Positions 18,906 to 28,433 are shown, counted from the stretch's first letter. The stretch is 38,963 bases of DNA from Calditrichaceae bacterium (GCA_050178385.1 JBFXGD010000017.1:1-38963), one strand, 5' to 3'. Made by a program: numbers and translations. Notes: generated from the letters alone by a model not told the origin.

Positions 18906-19862
18906 TTATAAGATGCTTTTCCATCTTTTTCCCAATAACACCATCGGTCCTTCGTTCAGAGAATAAGCGAGAAACCCCCGCATGGCGTCCTGATCGCGAT
19001 AGACCACGAGATCATTATTCTTATAAGAACCGTCAACTGAGCCATTCGTGATTATTCCACCGGTTATATAACAATCTAAATTTTTCTTTCCTTTAGGATT
19101 TGAAACACTTATATCGGAATGCTCGTCCGGCAGATAAAATGTAATTGGAGCGCTGGACTCATTATTAAATGCGGGATCAATATCGATATCACCTAATACA
19201 ACAAAATGAACATCACTCGACCAGTGAGGTACTTTACTAAGCTCCAGGTCATCTTCCACAAAGATTATCGAACCAGATGGCTCAGAGAATGAACCGGCAA
19301 TTTTCAGATCTTCGGAATAATATGTTCCGTTTGTCTGAGCAATCGACCTTAGTTCATCGAGGTCAAAAACGGGCATAACAGTTGTATTTTGTACGATAAG
19401 CCCTTCATTTAATGGAGATGTCTGGCTTTCATAAGTTTCAACATTTTTAACATTCCCGGCCGCATATATAGAATAACGGGAAACATCACTGGAATCAATG
19501 TCAAATATCAGCAGTTCCAATTCCCTGATCGTCACCGACCCTCTTCCCCGAGCCATAATTCTCAATGTATCACTATTTATTTTGGTGACATCAATATCAC
19601 AGCTTGTACCAAGTCCCGTATCAAGATTATATTCACTCCAGCTGCCTGTGCTTGCCGTTTTTAATATATGTTTAACGCTATATTCCAGTCCCGATTGCGC
19701 CGCGTATAATGTTCTCTGTCTCTCTGAATCGATGATTTGCATTTTATTTTCCGCGGAGACCAGCATTGAGATAATTCCAGCAAGAACAGTCAAAAACGCG
19801 ATGATTGCAATCACCGCGGGGAGTATAACTCCATTTTCGGATTTCAGATTAATTTCTGCCAT
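18906..19862 (-). CDS. PilX/GspK/MshP-like minor pilin
   Basis: SENG|VILPAVIAII class III signal lacking Glu5, and the PilX-N motif LYAAQSGLE. Start moved to ATG 19862, overlapping the end of the upstream gene. Confidence 0.75.
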   Translation of the reverse strand: MAEINLKSENGVILPAVIAIIAFLTVLAGIISMLVSAENKMQIIDSERQRTLYAAQSGLEYSVKHILKTASTGSWSEYNLDTGLGTSCDIDVTKINSDTLRIMARGRGSVTIRELELLIFDIDSSDVSRYSIYAAGNVKNVETYESQTSPLNEGLIVQNTTVMPVFDLDELRSIAQTNGTYYSEDLKIAGSFSEPSGSIIFVEDDLELSKVPHWSSDVHFVVLGDIDIDPAFNNESSAPITFYLPDEHSDISVSNPKGKKNLDCYITGGIITNGSVDGSYKNNDLVVYRDQDAMRGFLAYSLNEGPMVLLGKRWKSIL

Positions 19863-20349
19863 AGGCCATTTCTTCAATGGTGCAAAGTTCATCGTTCTTC
19901 AGGACTACAAGAGTGACTTTTATTATTTTTAATTCATCAGATTTATTTACCGAACTTCCATATTCATCCAGATATTCAAACGGATTTTCCTGAACGTCAT
20001 CGAGGATGAGAGATCCATTTCTGGTAATCTGATTATTTTTGAGTTTATAATCCACCGACACCCCATCAATATCCGTAAATGTTAACTGATTGTCTTTCAA
20101 TTTAGAGATATTTTCCGGTGAGATTTCCTGAATCTCAATAAGTATCTGATTCATAACTTTGCGCATATCGGAAAGCATTGTTGAACGTTCATAGATTTTC
20201 ACAAACATTCGAGTTTGCGAATGTAAAATACCACCTGTAATCGAACCGATAATTCCTAAAATGCTCAAAACGATGACCAGTTCTATTAATGTCGTTCCCC
20301 GTTGATTTTTGTACTCAACGGCAGCTTTTTTTCTAAAATCTCTAAACAT
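19849..20349 (-). CDS. Minor pilin (PilW/GspJ/MshO-like)
   Basis: KNQRG|TTLIELVIVLSILGII prepilin motif with Glu5. Confidence 0.8.
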   Translation of the reverse strand: MFRDFRKKAAVEYKNQRGTTLIELVIVLSILGIIGSITGGILHSQTRMFVKIYERSTMLSDMRKVMNQILIEIQEISPENISKLKDNQLTFTDIDGVSVDYKLKNNQITRNGSLILDDVQENPFEYLDEYGSSVNKSDELKIIKVTLVVLKNDELCTIEEMAYGRN

Positions 20350-20743
20350 ATTTTGTCAGTCGTGTTGTCAATACAGCACCATCGGGAAGGTGCTGGTGGG
20401 ATACCGTTATCTTAATCTCATATGCATCCAGACCCGCGTTCCCCCAGCCGGAGATGTAGCTTATCTCGGTTTTAACAGTATAATCATCAGCTGTTTGTAC
20501 CGTTCCGGCGTAGCTGTCTATGATTTTATACCAATCCGGATGCTCATATTTATAGGCCAGAATTTCTTCCGTCCTCATATTAGCCAACTGGTTACAGCGA
20601 ATTCTGATTTCATAACGAGAATGAAACACGGAACCTGAGCTGTATATCAAAAAAACAGAAGGCAGGATCACACCCATGACGACAATGATAACAATCAATT
20701 CCATCAGGGAAGCGCCCTGCTCTTCTTTTAAAAAATCCAGCAT
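20342..20743 (-). CDS. Minor pilin (PilV/GspI/MshD-like)
   Basis: EEQG|ASLMELIVIIVVMGVI prepilin motif with Glu5. Confidence 0.8.
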   Translation of the reverse strand: MLDFLKEEQGASLMELIVIIVVMGVILPSVFLIYSSGSVFHSRYEIRIRCNQLANMRTEEILAYKYEHPDWYKIIDSYAGTVQTADDYTVKTEISYISGWGNAGLDAYEIKITVSHQHLPDGAVLTTRLTKYV

Positions 20744-20757
20744 CTTTCTATTCCCCT

Positions 20758-21111
20758 TTATGGGGTGACAGAAATCGTTCCTGTTGCCGCCACATACGTT
20801 ACAGTATAAGCGCCGCCGGTGATCGGATCAACCGGTGCCTGTCCATTGGAAAACAAAGGGCTAAGATCGGCCGCATACGTCGTCACAACACTCTCGAGTG
20901 TAGTGGTTGGATCATTTACCAAATCTTCCGCGAACTTCATCATAATTGCCGCTTCGATGGCGCTAATATTGGCCTCGCGAGCTGCAGTCTGAGCCTGAGA
21001 AGACAGATCAAAATATTTTGGAACCGCTACAGCAGCAAGAATTCCAAGAATCACAATGACGATTACCAATTCCATCAATGTAAAACCGCTTTGATTAGAT
21101 TTTAGATTCAT
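20758..21111 (-). CDS. Probable major type IV pilin (MshA-like N-terminus), 108-aa mature
   Basis: NQSG|FTLMELVIVIVILGILAAVAVPKYFDL and a strong AAGGAGG RBS. Confidence 0.88.
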   Translation of the reverse strand: MNLKSNQSGFTLMELVIVIVILGILAAVAVPKYFDLSSQAQTAAREANISAIEAAIMMKFAEDLVNDPTTTLESVVTTYAADLSPLFSNGQAPVDPITGGAYTVTYVAATGTISVTP

Positions 21112-21153
21112 ACGAATCCTCCTTTTTCTTGTTTGAAGGTTATTTGAATATAA

Positions 21154-22353
21154 TTAGAAAACATCCATCAGATCCCACATCGGTAAAAATATTGCCAGCG
21201 CCAGGATCAGTATCATAATTCCAAGAACCAGCGTTACAATAGGTTCTATTAATGATGTCAGGTTCCCGACTGTTTTTGAAACTTCATTATCATAATATTG
21301 TGACGCACTTTGGAGCATTTGATCCAGTGATCCGGATTTTTCTCCAATCGATACCATCTCTATTAAAAGGATATCAAAATACGCGCTTTTCCCCAGGGCA
21401 CGGGCTATATCTTCACCCCTGACGATACTATCGGTCACTTTTTTTAATACTTTACGGTAAACTTCATTCTCAAGCGTTTCCTGAATCATCTCGAATGACC
21501 TTAGTATTGGTATTCCGGTTTTATTCATCGTGAGAAACAGTCTGGCGAATCTCGAATGATAATATTGTCTCAGCAATTTACCGAATATGGGCACCCGTAG
21601 GGCAAATTTGCTTGTATTGTACCGGCCTCCCTCTGTCTTCCCGTAGAAATATAACCCGACACCCAATAACACAGTAACAATGAGAGTCATCCAGCCATAG
21701 GTGGTAAATAATGTATTGATTCCAATTAATATTCTTGTTGGCAGCGGAAGCTCATGCTGACTTCTCTCAAAAAGGGGAATGAAATTGGGAATTACTGTCG
21801 TCATCGTAATAATAAATGCCACAACCAGTCCCGCGAGAACTATTATGGGATATCTAACCGCTTTCTTTATTTCTTCACGGATTCTCCCTTCCTGCTCCAG
21901 AAATTTATGCAGATACAAAAGCGTATCTTCCAGGGCGCCGCTAATCTCACCGACTTTGACTGAGTTCACATAAATACGTGAAAAAACACCGCTGAATTTA
22001 TCCAACGCGGCCGAAAAGCTGCTACCCTCATTTATATCAGTAATGATATCATCCATCATTCCCTGATAATCGGGATCCGGGCTTTGCCTCCGTATCACAT
22101 TTAAACTGCTGACAATTGGAATTCCGGCTTTCAGCAGGGTATAAAGCTGTTCAGTAAATAACAGGATCGTTGCATTTTTTATCTTAATTTTTTTTGATGT
22201 CTTTTTTACAACCGTTTTTTCCACACTAACGGCAACAGGGATCAGGTTCAGTTTCTGAATCTGCCTGATGGCGTCAGTCTCATCAGCAGCCTGGATAATA
22301 TTCTCAATTTGCCTGCCTTCGTGATTCATTGCTTTATATTTAAAATTCGGCAT
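21154..22353 (-). CDS. pilC: Pilus platform protein PilC/MshG/GspF
   Basis: MPNFKYKA, QLYTLLKAGIPI, GEISGAL, AVRYP, LPLPTRIL, GEKSGSLDQML, LIEP, AIFLPMWD. Confidence 0.93.
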   Translation of the reverse strand: MPNFKYKAMNHEGRQIENIIQAADETDAIRQIQKLNLIPVAVSVEKTVVKKTSKKIKIKNATILLFTEQLYTLLKAGIPIVSSLNVIRRQSPDPDYQGMMDDIITDINEGSSFSAALDKFSGVFSRIYVNSVKVGEISGALEDTLLYLHKFLEQEGRIREEIKKAVRYPIIVLAGLVVAFIITMTTVIPNFIPLFERSQHELPLPTRILIGINTLFTTYGWMTLIVTVLLGVGLYFYGKTEGGRYNTSKFALRVPIFGKLLRQYYHSRFARLFLTMNKTGIPILRSFEMIQETLENEVYRKVLKKVTDSIVRGEDIARALGKSAYFDILLIEMVSIGEKSGSLDQMLQSASQYYDNEVSKTVGNLTSLIEPIVTLVLGIMILILALAIFLPMWDLMDVF

Positions 22354-22370
22354 TTTTCTTCGGGTTCTTT

Positions 22371-23138
22371 CTAAAGTATTAATCGCAAATAAAGTCCGAT
22401 AATGGAATTACCAAAAAACACAAATATAATCAGTCCGGCGGCGATAAAGGGCCCAAATGGTATATAATTACCGGCTTTGATTTTATTTGCCAGTTTGAGC
22501 ATTATGATTGCCAGCAAGGCCAGGATGAAACCAAAATAAATAGAAATCAATACCATCTTCCACCCCAGAAAGAATCCGGCAGCCGCTGAAAATTTCACAT
22601 CCCCCATTCCCATGCTCTCCTTTTTGAAAAGCAATTTTCCGAGGATAGCAATCAGAAACATAACGCTGCCACCGGCAATAACGCCGAATAATGCAAATTC
22701 CCAGGTGATTACGGGGAAAAGCAAATTCAGCAGGATACCTGAAACAAGCATCATCGCAACAACTGAATTATGAATTTTTTGGGTATTATAATCTATTATA
22801 CCAATCAGTATGGCAAAATAGATAAAATTAAGATAGAAAATAAACTCATGACTAAAACCAAATTTATAAAATGTCAGGATTGTCATTATACCGGTAACTA
22901 ATTCGATTAAAGGATACCGGAGTGAAATCGATGATCCGCATGACGCGCATTTGCCCCGCAGAAGCAGAAATGAAATGAGCGGTATATTATGATAAATGGC
23001 GATACCGGATTTGCATTCCGGACAGAAAGAACCGGGCCGGACTATGGAAATTGTTTGGGGGATGCGGTAAATACAAACGTTTAAAAAACTCCCTAAGGAA
23101 ATTCCTGTAAAAAACAAAAATATATATATTATTTCCAT
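22371..23138 (-). CDS. pilD: Prepilin peptidase/N-methyltransferase
   Basis: GSFLNVCIYRIP, CPEC...CASC, RYPLIEL, catalytic Asp in IIDY and GMGDVK, IPFGPF. Confidence 0.95.
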   Translation of the reverse strand: MEIIYIFLFFTGISLGSFLNVCIYRIPQTISIVRPGSFCPECKSGIAIYHNIPLISFLLLRGKCASCGSSISLRYPLIELVTGIMTILTFYKFGFSHEFIFYLNFIYFAILIGIIDYNTQKIHNSVVAMMLVSGILLNLLFPVITWEFALFGVIAGGSVMFLIAILGKLLFKKESMGMGDVKFSAAAGFFLGWKMVLISIYFGFILALLAIIMLKLANKIKAGNYIPFGPFIAAGLIIFVFFGNSIIGLYLRLIL

Positions 23139-23183
23139 TCTGTCGATGCCGTATATTTAGTTATGATTTGGTAAGTAACGTAG

Positions 23184-25358
23184 TTAGTCATCTAGTTTGC
23201 GTTTTATCCGCGCTATTAAAACATCAGGATTTATGGGTTTTGTCAGAAAATCATCCGCTCCGAGTTCCAACACTTTTATTTCATTTTCAGGTGTTTTTAA
23301 AGCCGTCAGCATGAGCACTGGAATGCCGGCGGTCTTAATATCGGACCTAAGATGCTGTAGAAACTCATATCCGTCCATATTTGGCATCATGATATCAAGT
23401 AAAATCAGATCAGGGATATTCTGCTGTATATTTTTAAGCGCGATCGCGCCATCTTCCGCTTCAGAAACAGTCCATTTCGTTTTTTTCTCTATTATCCCTT
23501 TTATCATCATCCGGGTAACCCGTGTATCTTCCACCACGAGTATGTTTTTAGAGACATTTTTATTTTTTAAATTTTTCTTATTGTCTTCTTTTTCTGTTTT
23601 TTTATCTGTCTCATCCGGCATGATTCCCGTTTCAGGACTGCTTACACTCTGCCCATCAAATTGATCTGAACCCGGATTGACCACTCTTAATATTTCATTA
23701 TAATCCGTTATCCCATCGGCAATTAAAGACAGAGCGTCCTCGAAGAGATTCCGGAATCCATCATCTCTGGCGGCTTTACGGATATTCTGTATCGGAATAT
23801 CATTTGCAATCATCTCTTTAATATCGTTATTTAAAATCAGAATTTCATAAATACCGATCCGGCCCTTATATCCATTAAAACCGCACCTGGCACAACCCTT
23901 TGCTTCATGAAAATGCGCATCATGTCCAAGCTGGTTAATCAGATATATTAATTTCGGATCAACATGTTCCGGTTGCACTTCCACTTTACAATGATCACAT
24001 AATTTTCTAACAAGACGCTGCGCGATAATTCCGCCGAGGGATTCCGTGATCTTAAATTTATCGATTCCCATATCTTTTAGGCGGGTGATTGTGGTAAATG
24101 TATCATTCGTGTGAAGTGTGCTCAACACTAAATGTCCTGTTAATGCAGCCTGAATAGATGTTTCAGCGGTTTCCTTGTCCCTGATTTCCCCGACGAGAAT
24201 AACATCGGGATCCTGTCGTAAAAAGGATCTTAACGCGGTTGCAAATGTAATTCCGGCTTTCTCGTTTACCTGTACCTGATTTATCCCTTCCAGCATATAT
24301 TCAATAGGATCTTCGATGGTCAGAATATTATTGGTGGTTGAACGAAGCCTGTTAATCGCCGCATACAATGTTGTACTTTTACCCGACCCTGTCGGCCCTG
24401 TTACGAGTACCATTCCCTGTTTAAATCCGAAACAATCTTCCAGCCGGTCGCGGTTATATCCGTGAATGCCAAGCTTTTCAAACGACATTGCCGTTTTTCT
24501 TTTGTCCAGGATCCTGATAACCACCTTTTCACCAAAATTAGTGGGTAGTATTGAAACCCTAAGGTCTATCTCGGCATTATCGATTTTAATTTTTGATTTT
24601 CCGTCCTGCGGTTTTCTTGTCTCGGCGATATCCAGATTTGATATAATTTTTATGCGACTAATAAGCTGGGCATGAAGAGAACGCGGGACTTCCAGCAAAT
24701 TTCTCAATACACCGTCAATACGCAATCTTACAACAACATCTTCTTCCTTTGGTTCAATATGAATATCACTCGCATCCTCCCTTACCGCTTCGGACAATAT
24801 CTGATTAACCAATTTTATAATCGGTGATTCCGAATTTGAGTCTTTTTCACCGGAAATTTTAACCTTGGATTTTTCTTTGCTCTTATCCATAAATGAGTCA
24901 ATAAATTTTTCAGGTGAATAAAAGCGGTTTATTTTCTCCAGAATTTGTTCTCTAAAAGCGAAATATGTTTTTACATATTTACCGGTCAAATACTCTATTT
25001 CTTTCTCCGCGTCAAGATCGGAAGGATTAAAGGAAGCAATAGCCACGTGTTTTCTATTCATCTGCAGGGGAATTAATAAATGCTTCCTGCAAACTTCTTC
25101 AGGAATGAGTTTCATAATATCATGATCTATGTCAACCTGATCAAGATTCAGGGTGTGAATTTTAAGTGCCTTTTCCAGAAATAATGATAATTCTTCAGCG
25201 CTCAAAAAGTTATTGCTGATCAATACATCAGATATGTATGATTCTTCAGGATTACGCTGAACCAGCTCATCATAAAATTCGGGCTCAATTATTTGATAAT
25301 AAAGTAACGCTTCGACAAGCCATTTATCTTTAAAGTTATTTGCCTTTTGAACTTTCAT
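23184..25358 (-). CDS. pilB: Pilus extension ATPase PilB/MshE/GspE with C-terminal response-regulator receiver domain
   Basis: ASDIHIEP, GPTGSGKSTT, LRQDPDVILVGEIRD, TGHLVLSTLHTN, CDHC/CARC Zn motif, GYKGRIG. An acidic/Lys linker leads to REC (VVED, LLDIMMPNMDG, LTA, TKP). Confidence 0.93.
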   Translation of the reverse strand: MKVQKANNFKDKWLVEALLYYQIIEPEFYDELVQRNPEESYISDVLISNNFLSAEELSLFLEKALKIHTLNLDQVDIDHDIMKLIPEEVCRKHLLIPLQMNRKHVAIASFNPSDLDAEKEIEYLTGKYVKTYFAFREQILEKINRFYSPEKFIDSFMDKSKEKSKVKISGEKDSNSESPIIKLVNQILSEAVREDASDIHIEPKEEDVVVRLRIDGVLRNLLEVPRSLHAQLISRIKIISNLDIAETRKPQDGKSKIKIDNAEIDLRVSILPTNFGEKVVIRILDKRKTAMSFEKLGIHGYNRDRLEDCFGFKQGMVLVTGPTGSGKSTTLYAAINRLRSTTNNILTIEDPIEYMLEGINQVQVNEKAGITFATALRSFLRQDPDVILVGEIRDKETAETSIQAALTGHLVLSTLHTNDTFTTITRLKDMGIDKFKITESLGGIIAQRLVRKLCDHCKVEVQPEHVDPKLIYLINQLGHDAHFHEAKGCARCGFNGYKGRIGIYEILILNNDIKEMIANDIPIQNIRKAARDDGFRNLFEDALSLIADGITDYNEILRVVNPGSDQFDGQSVSSPETGIMPDETDKKTEKEDNKKNLKNKNVSKNILVVEDTRVTRMMIKGIIEKKTKWTVSEAEDGAIALKNIQQNIPDLILLDIMMPNMDGYEFLQHLRSDIKTAGIPVLMLTALKTPENEIKVLELGADDFLTKPINPDVLIARIKRKLDD

Positions 25359-25400
25359 GCCGGATTTTACTCTCGAATTATCGTATTTGTCAATTAATCT

Positions 25401-25427
25401 ATATCGGTAGATATTTCAAATACTTCA
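25401..25427 (-). promoter_or_regulatory. Putative sigma28 (FliA/SigD-type) promoter of the pilus operon
   Basis: TGAAGTAT-N11-ACCGATAT against consensus TAAAGTTT-N11-GCCGATAA. Spacing is exact, and the motif ends 42 bp upstream of the pilB ATG. Confidence 0.55.
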
Positions 25428-25432
25428 GCATC

Positions 25433-25463
25433 ATTCATGAAAAAAATTATTTTTTTCATGAAT
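25433..25463. repeat. 31-bp palindrome (15-bp perfect arms), candidate operator
   Basis: ATTCATGAAAAAAAT-T-ATTTTTTTCATGAAT. Confidence 0.7.
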
Positions 25464-25718
25464 TTAATTACCTGCATTATCATTATCTCTGAAACACTCT
25501 GTTTGTGAATTAATTTGGATCATTCTGAGAATTATCCTGATACCATCAAAGATATAAAAAAGATATATTTTTGATCATATTTTGATAAAAAAATTTGATA
25601 GATTTATATAATCCTTAAAGATGAAAGGACTTTGTGAAGAACGATTAAAATACAGGATGCCTAAATAATTGGATCACAAAAAATTCAGACAACCTGCTTA
25701 AGATAATATCAGGAGATA

Positions 25719-27011
25719 TCAGGCGACACCATTAGCTTCAATATCATCTTCATGATCAATCATCCCTTTTGCGGATAACTGTAAGGGAGCTTCAATAGTC
25801 AGCTCATTTAGCCAGGTTGCTTTCTCGTCATATTTGGCAAAGAACGGCTTATTGATCATTTTCGGATTTCTTGCCTGAATAAACTTTAGTATAAATTTCT
25901 TTTCTCCGTTCACGTCAGCGATTCCATCAACCAAAATTTTCCCAGGATGAGCAGACATTGAAGGACCGCGCACTGTTTTGGCAAGACCGGAAACCTGTGA
26001 ATATGCTTCTGTAAAAATATCATAGGCCCTGTACAGCGGAACCGAGAAATAATTATGCGCGCCGGTATCCCTTTCGATAAACATATAATAAGGAATCATT
26101 CCCATGCTCACCTGTTTGCTCCACATCTCCCGCCATATTTCCGGGCTGTCGTTGATATTTCTTATTAACGGCGCCTGAGTTCTTATCGCGACTCCGGCCG
26201 ATTTTAAACGCCGCGCCGCTTTTGCCACCTTTTCAGTGCTGAGTTCTCTTGGATGACTGAAATGAGCCATTAAAGTAACATTTTTTCCACTTCGTTTTAA
26301 CATATCAAGTTTTTCGATTAGATCATCACCTTCATCACCCAGAAAACGGGAAGGATGAAAGGCCATCGCTTTGGATCCAAGACGGATATTCCGGATATGC
26401 TCAAGTTCAGGCATCATGATAATATCAAGGTAGCTAAACAGAGTTTCATTAGGCATATAAAGAGGATCACCACCGGTGAAGAGAATATCCGTGACACCCT
26501 TATTGGCGGAAAGATAATCAAAAAGATCCTTATGTTCTTTTGATTTAAATTTGTGTTCATCGAGATTTACAAACTGCGCCCAGCGGAAACAATAAGTGCA
26601 ATATGAATGGCAGGTTTGTCCCTGCGCGGGAAAGAATAAAACAGTTTCTTTGTACTTATGCTGAATGCCGCCAAATGTTCTGTCTCCTATCTCGGGGATA
26701 TTTTCCTTCTGTCCGTCGGGATGCGGATTCAGCTGGCGGCGTATTTTTCTTACAATCTCTTTTTCTTCCGTCAGGTCTCTGATGGATTTGAGTAGTTCCC
26801 AGTTCTCCCGGTTCAACATTTCCTTTCTGGGAAACACTAAACGGTAAATCGGATCATTTTTCCAGTTTGACCAGTCTATCAGTTCTTTAAGAACATAATT
26901 ACTGACTTTAAAAGGAAAAATCTTTGTTAAATACCTCAGGTCATCCAGATCTGATGCAGTCAGATTAGCGGCGTAGGGTGACTTGAGGAATCTTGAAAAT
27001 GAATAGAACAT
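25719..27011 (-). CDS. KamA-family radical SAM/PLP amino acid 2,3-aminomutase-like protein
   Basis: DPIYRLVFP, QHKY, CHSYCTYCFR (CxxxCxxC), LFTGGDP, HFSHPREL, QAPLIRNIND, IPYYMF, GPSMSAHPGK (candidate PLP lysine). Confidence 0.88.
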   Translation of the reverse strand: MFYSFSRFLKSPYAANLTASDLDDLRYLTKIFPFKVSNYVLKELIDWSNWKNDPIYRLVFPRKEMLNRENWELLKSIRDLTEEKEIVRKIRRQLNPHPDGQKENIPEIGDRTFGGIQHKYKETVLFFPAQGQTCHSYCTYCFRWAQFVNLDEHKFKSKEHKDLFDYLSANKGVTDILFTGGDPLYMPNETLFSYLDIIMMPELEHIRNIRLGSKAMAFHPSRFLGDEGDDLIEKLDMLKRSGKNVTLMAHFSHPRELSTEKVAKAARRLKSAGVAIRTQAPLIRNINDSPEIWREMWSKQVSMGMIPYYMFIERDTGAHNYFSVPLYRAYDIFTEAYSQVSGLAKTVRGPSMSAHPGKILVDGIADVNGEKKFILKFIQARNPKMINKPFFAKYDEKATWLNELTIEAPLQLSAKGMIDHEDDIEANGVA

Positions 27012-27072
27012 GGTAGTCTCCCTCGTTTTGTAATTTTTTTCAGAATAGAAGATAGGAAAAAATGATTTTTAT

Positions 27073-27088
27073 TGCAAATTCCATGCCC
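27073..27088 (-). promoter_or_regulatory. Putative sigma54 promoter of the KamA-family gene
   Basis: GGGCAT-GGAAT-TTGCA with correct GG/GC spacing, about 60 bp upstream of the ATG and embedded in very AT-rich DNA. Confidence 0.65.
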
Positions 27089-27343
27089 ATTTTTATAAAA
27101 AGATATAAATGATTAAAAATAAAGATATTTTGAAAAGTATTGGATTTTATTTTAAAACACCAATGCTGTTTTTCATTTTTATGCTAAATAAAATACTTAA
27201 ATAATATTTTCTTTCTATAATTCATTTTATTATTTTAATAACAAAAAGCATTGCCCGGTTAAGGAAATTTGGCGGAATTTACTTACATAACATTTTTACC
27301 GGCTCAAAACATCATTTGAAATCAAATAAAAACTGGAGGTATC

Positions 27344-28405
27344 ATGGGACAAGCTCTTGATAAAATCGTCGGTCTGCTTGGGAATGAAGCGGACAGTTTA
27401 CTCAACCATACCTGTAATACAGTGTCAAAAGATCAGCTTCATCTGCCCGGTCCGGATTTTGTTGACCGAATTTTTAGTATCTCCGATCGTCCTACTCCGG
27501 TGTTAAAAAATCTTCAATCTTTGTTTAGTCACGGACGTATGGCAAATTCCGGGTATCTGTCAATTTTACCGGTGGATCAGGGTATTGAACACTCGGCCGG
27601 AGCATCTTTCGCTCCCAATCCAATCTATTTTGATCCGGAAAACATTGTGAAACTGGCAATTGAAGGCGGCTGCAACGGTGTGGCTTCTACGCTTGGTGTT
27701 CTTGGTTCTGTAAGCCGAAAATATGCCCATAAAATTCCATTTATTGTAAAATTAAATCATAATGAACTTCTCACCTATCCGAATAAATTTGATCAGATCA
27801 TGTTTGCAAGCGTAAAACAAGCGAGGGATATGGGCGCGGTGGCTGTCGGCGCAACTATCTACTTTGGATCTGAAGAATCAAGCCGTCAGATAATTGAGGT
27901 AAGTGAAGCATTTGAAATCGCCCATGAAATGGGAATGGGAACTATTTTATGGTGCTATCTGCGAAATCCGGAGTTCAAAAAAGACGGCGTGGATTATCAT
28001 GTAAGCGCTGATCTGACCGGTCAGGCAAATCACCTGGGTGTCACAATCGAAGCGGATATTATCAAACAAAAACAACCGGAAAATAACGGCGGTTTTAATG
28101 CCATCAAGTTTGGGAAAACCAACAAAAAGGTCTATACAGAACTATCATCAGATCACCCGATCGATTTAACCCGTCTGCAAGTTATTAATTCCTATATGGG
28201 GCGCGCGGGACTGATCAATTCGGGAGGCGCTTCCGGTGAGAATGATTTGGCGCAGGCAGTCAGGACTGCAGTCATTAATAAACGCGCCGGGGGTATGGGC
28301 ATGATCAGCGGCCGCAAGGCATTCCAGAAACCAATGACCGATGGTGTGAATCTTCTGAACGCCATTCAGGATGTTTATTTATCAAAAGAGATAACCGTTG
28401 CCTGA
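27344..28405 (+). CDS. fbaB: Class I fructose-bisphosphate aldolase (DhnA/FbaB type)
   Basis: [46 protein letters not shown] Schiff-base lysine, [25 protein letters not shown]. Confidence 0.96.
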   Translation: MGQALDKIVGLLGNEADSLLNHTCNTVSKDQLHLPGPDFVDRIFSISDRPTPVLKNLQSLFSHGRMANSGYLSILPVDQGIEHSAGASFAPNPIYFDPENIVKLAIEGGCNGVASTLGVLGSVSRKYAHKIPFIVKLNHNELLTYPNKFDQIMFASVKQARDMGAVAVGATIYFGSEESSRQIIEVSEAFEIAHEMGMGTILWCYLRNPEFKKDGVDYHVSADLTGQANHLGVTIEADIIKQKQPENNGGFNAIKFGKTNKKVYTELSSDHPIDLTRLQVINSYMGRAGLINSGGASGENDLAQAVRTAVINKRAGGMGMISGRKAFQKPMTDGVNLLNAIQDVYLSKEITVA

Positions 28406-28433
28406 TAGATCCTAAATTGTCAGACTAACCATG

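Noticed and set aside
20758..21111. Short pilin as an electrically conductive e-pilin
   Set aside because: Only 8 aromatics in 108 mature residues (about 7%), with a 25-residue aromatic-free gap. No cytochromes in the window.
25695..25721. Selenocysteine read-through of the KamA-family UGA stop
   Set aside because: An in-frame TAA follows within a few codons and there is no SECIS-like stem.
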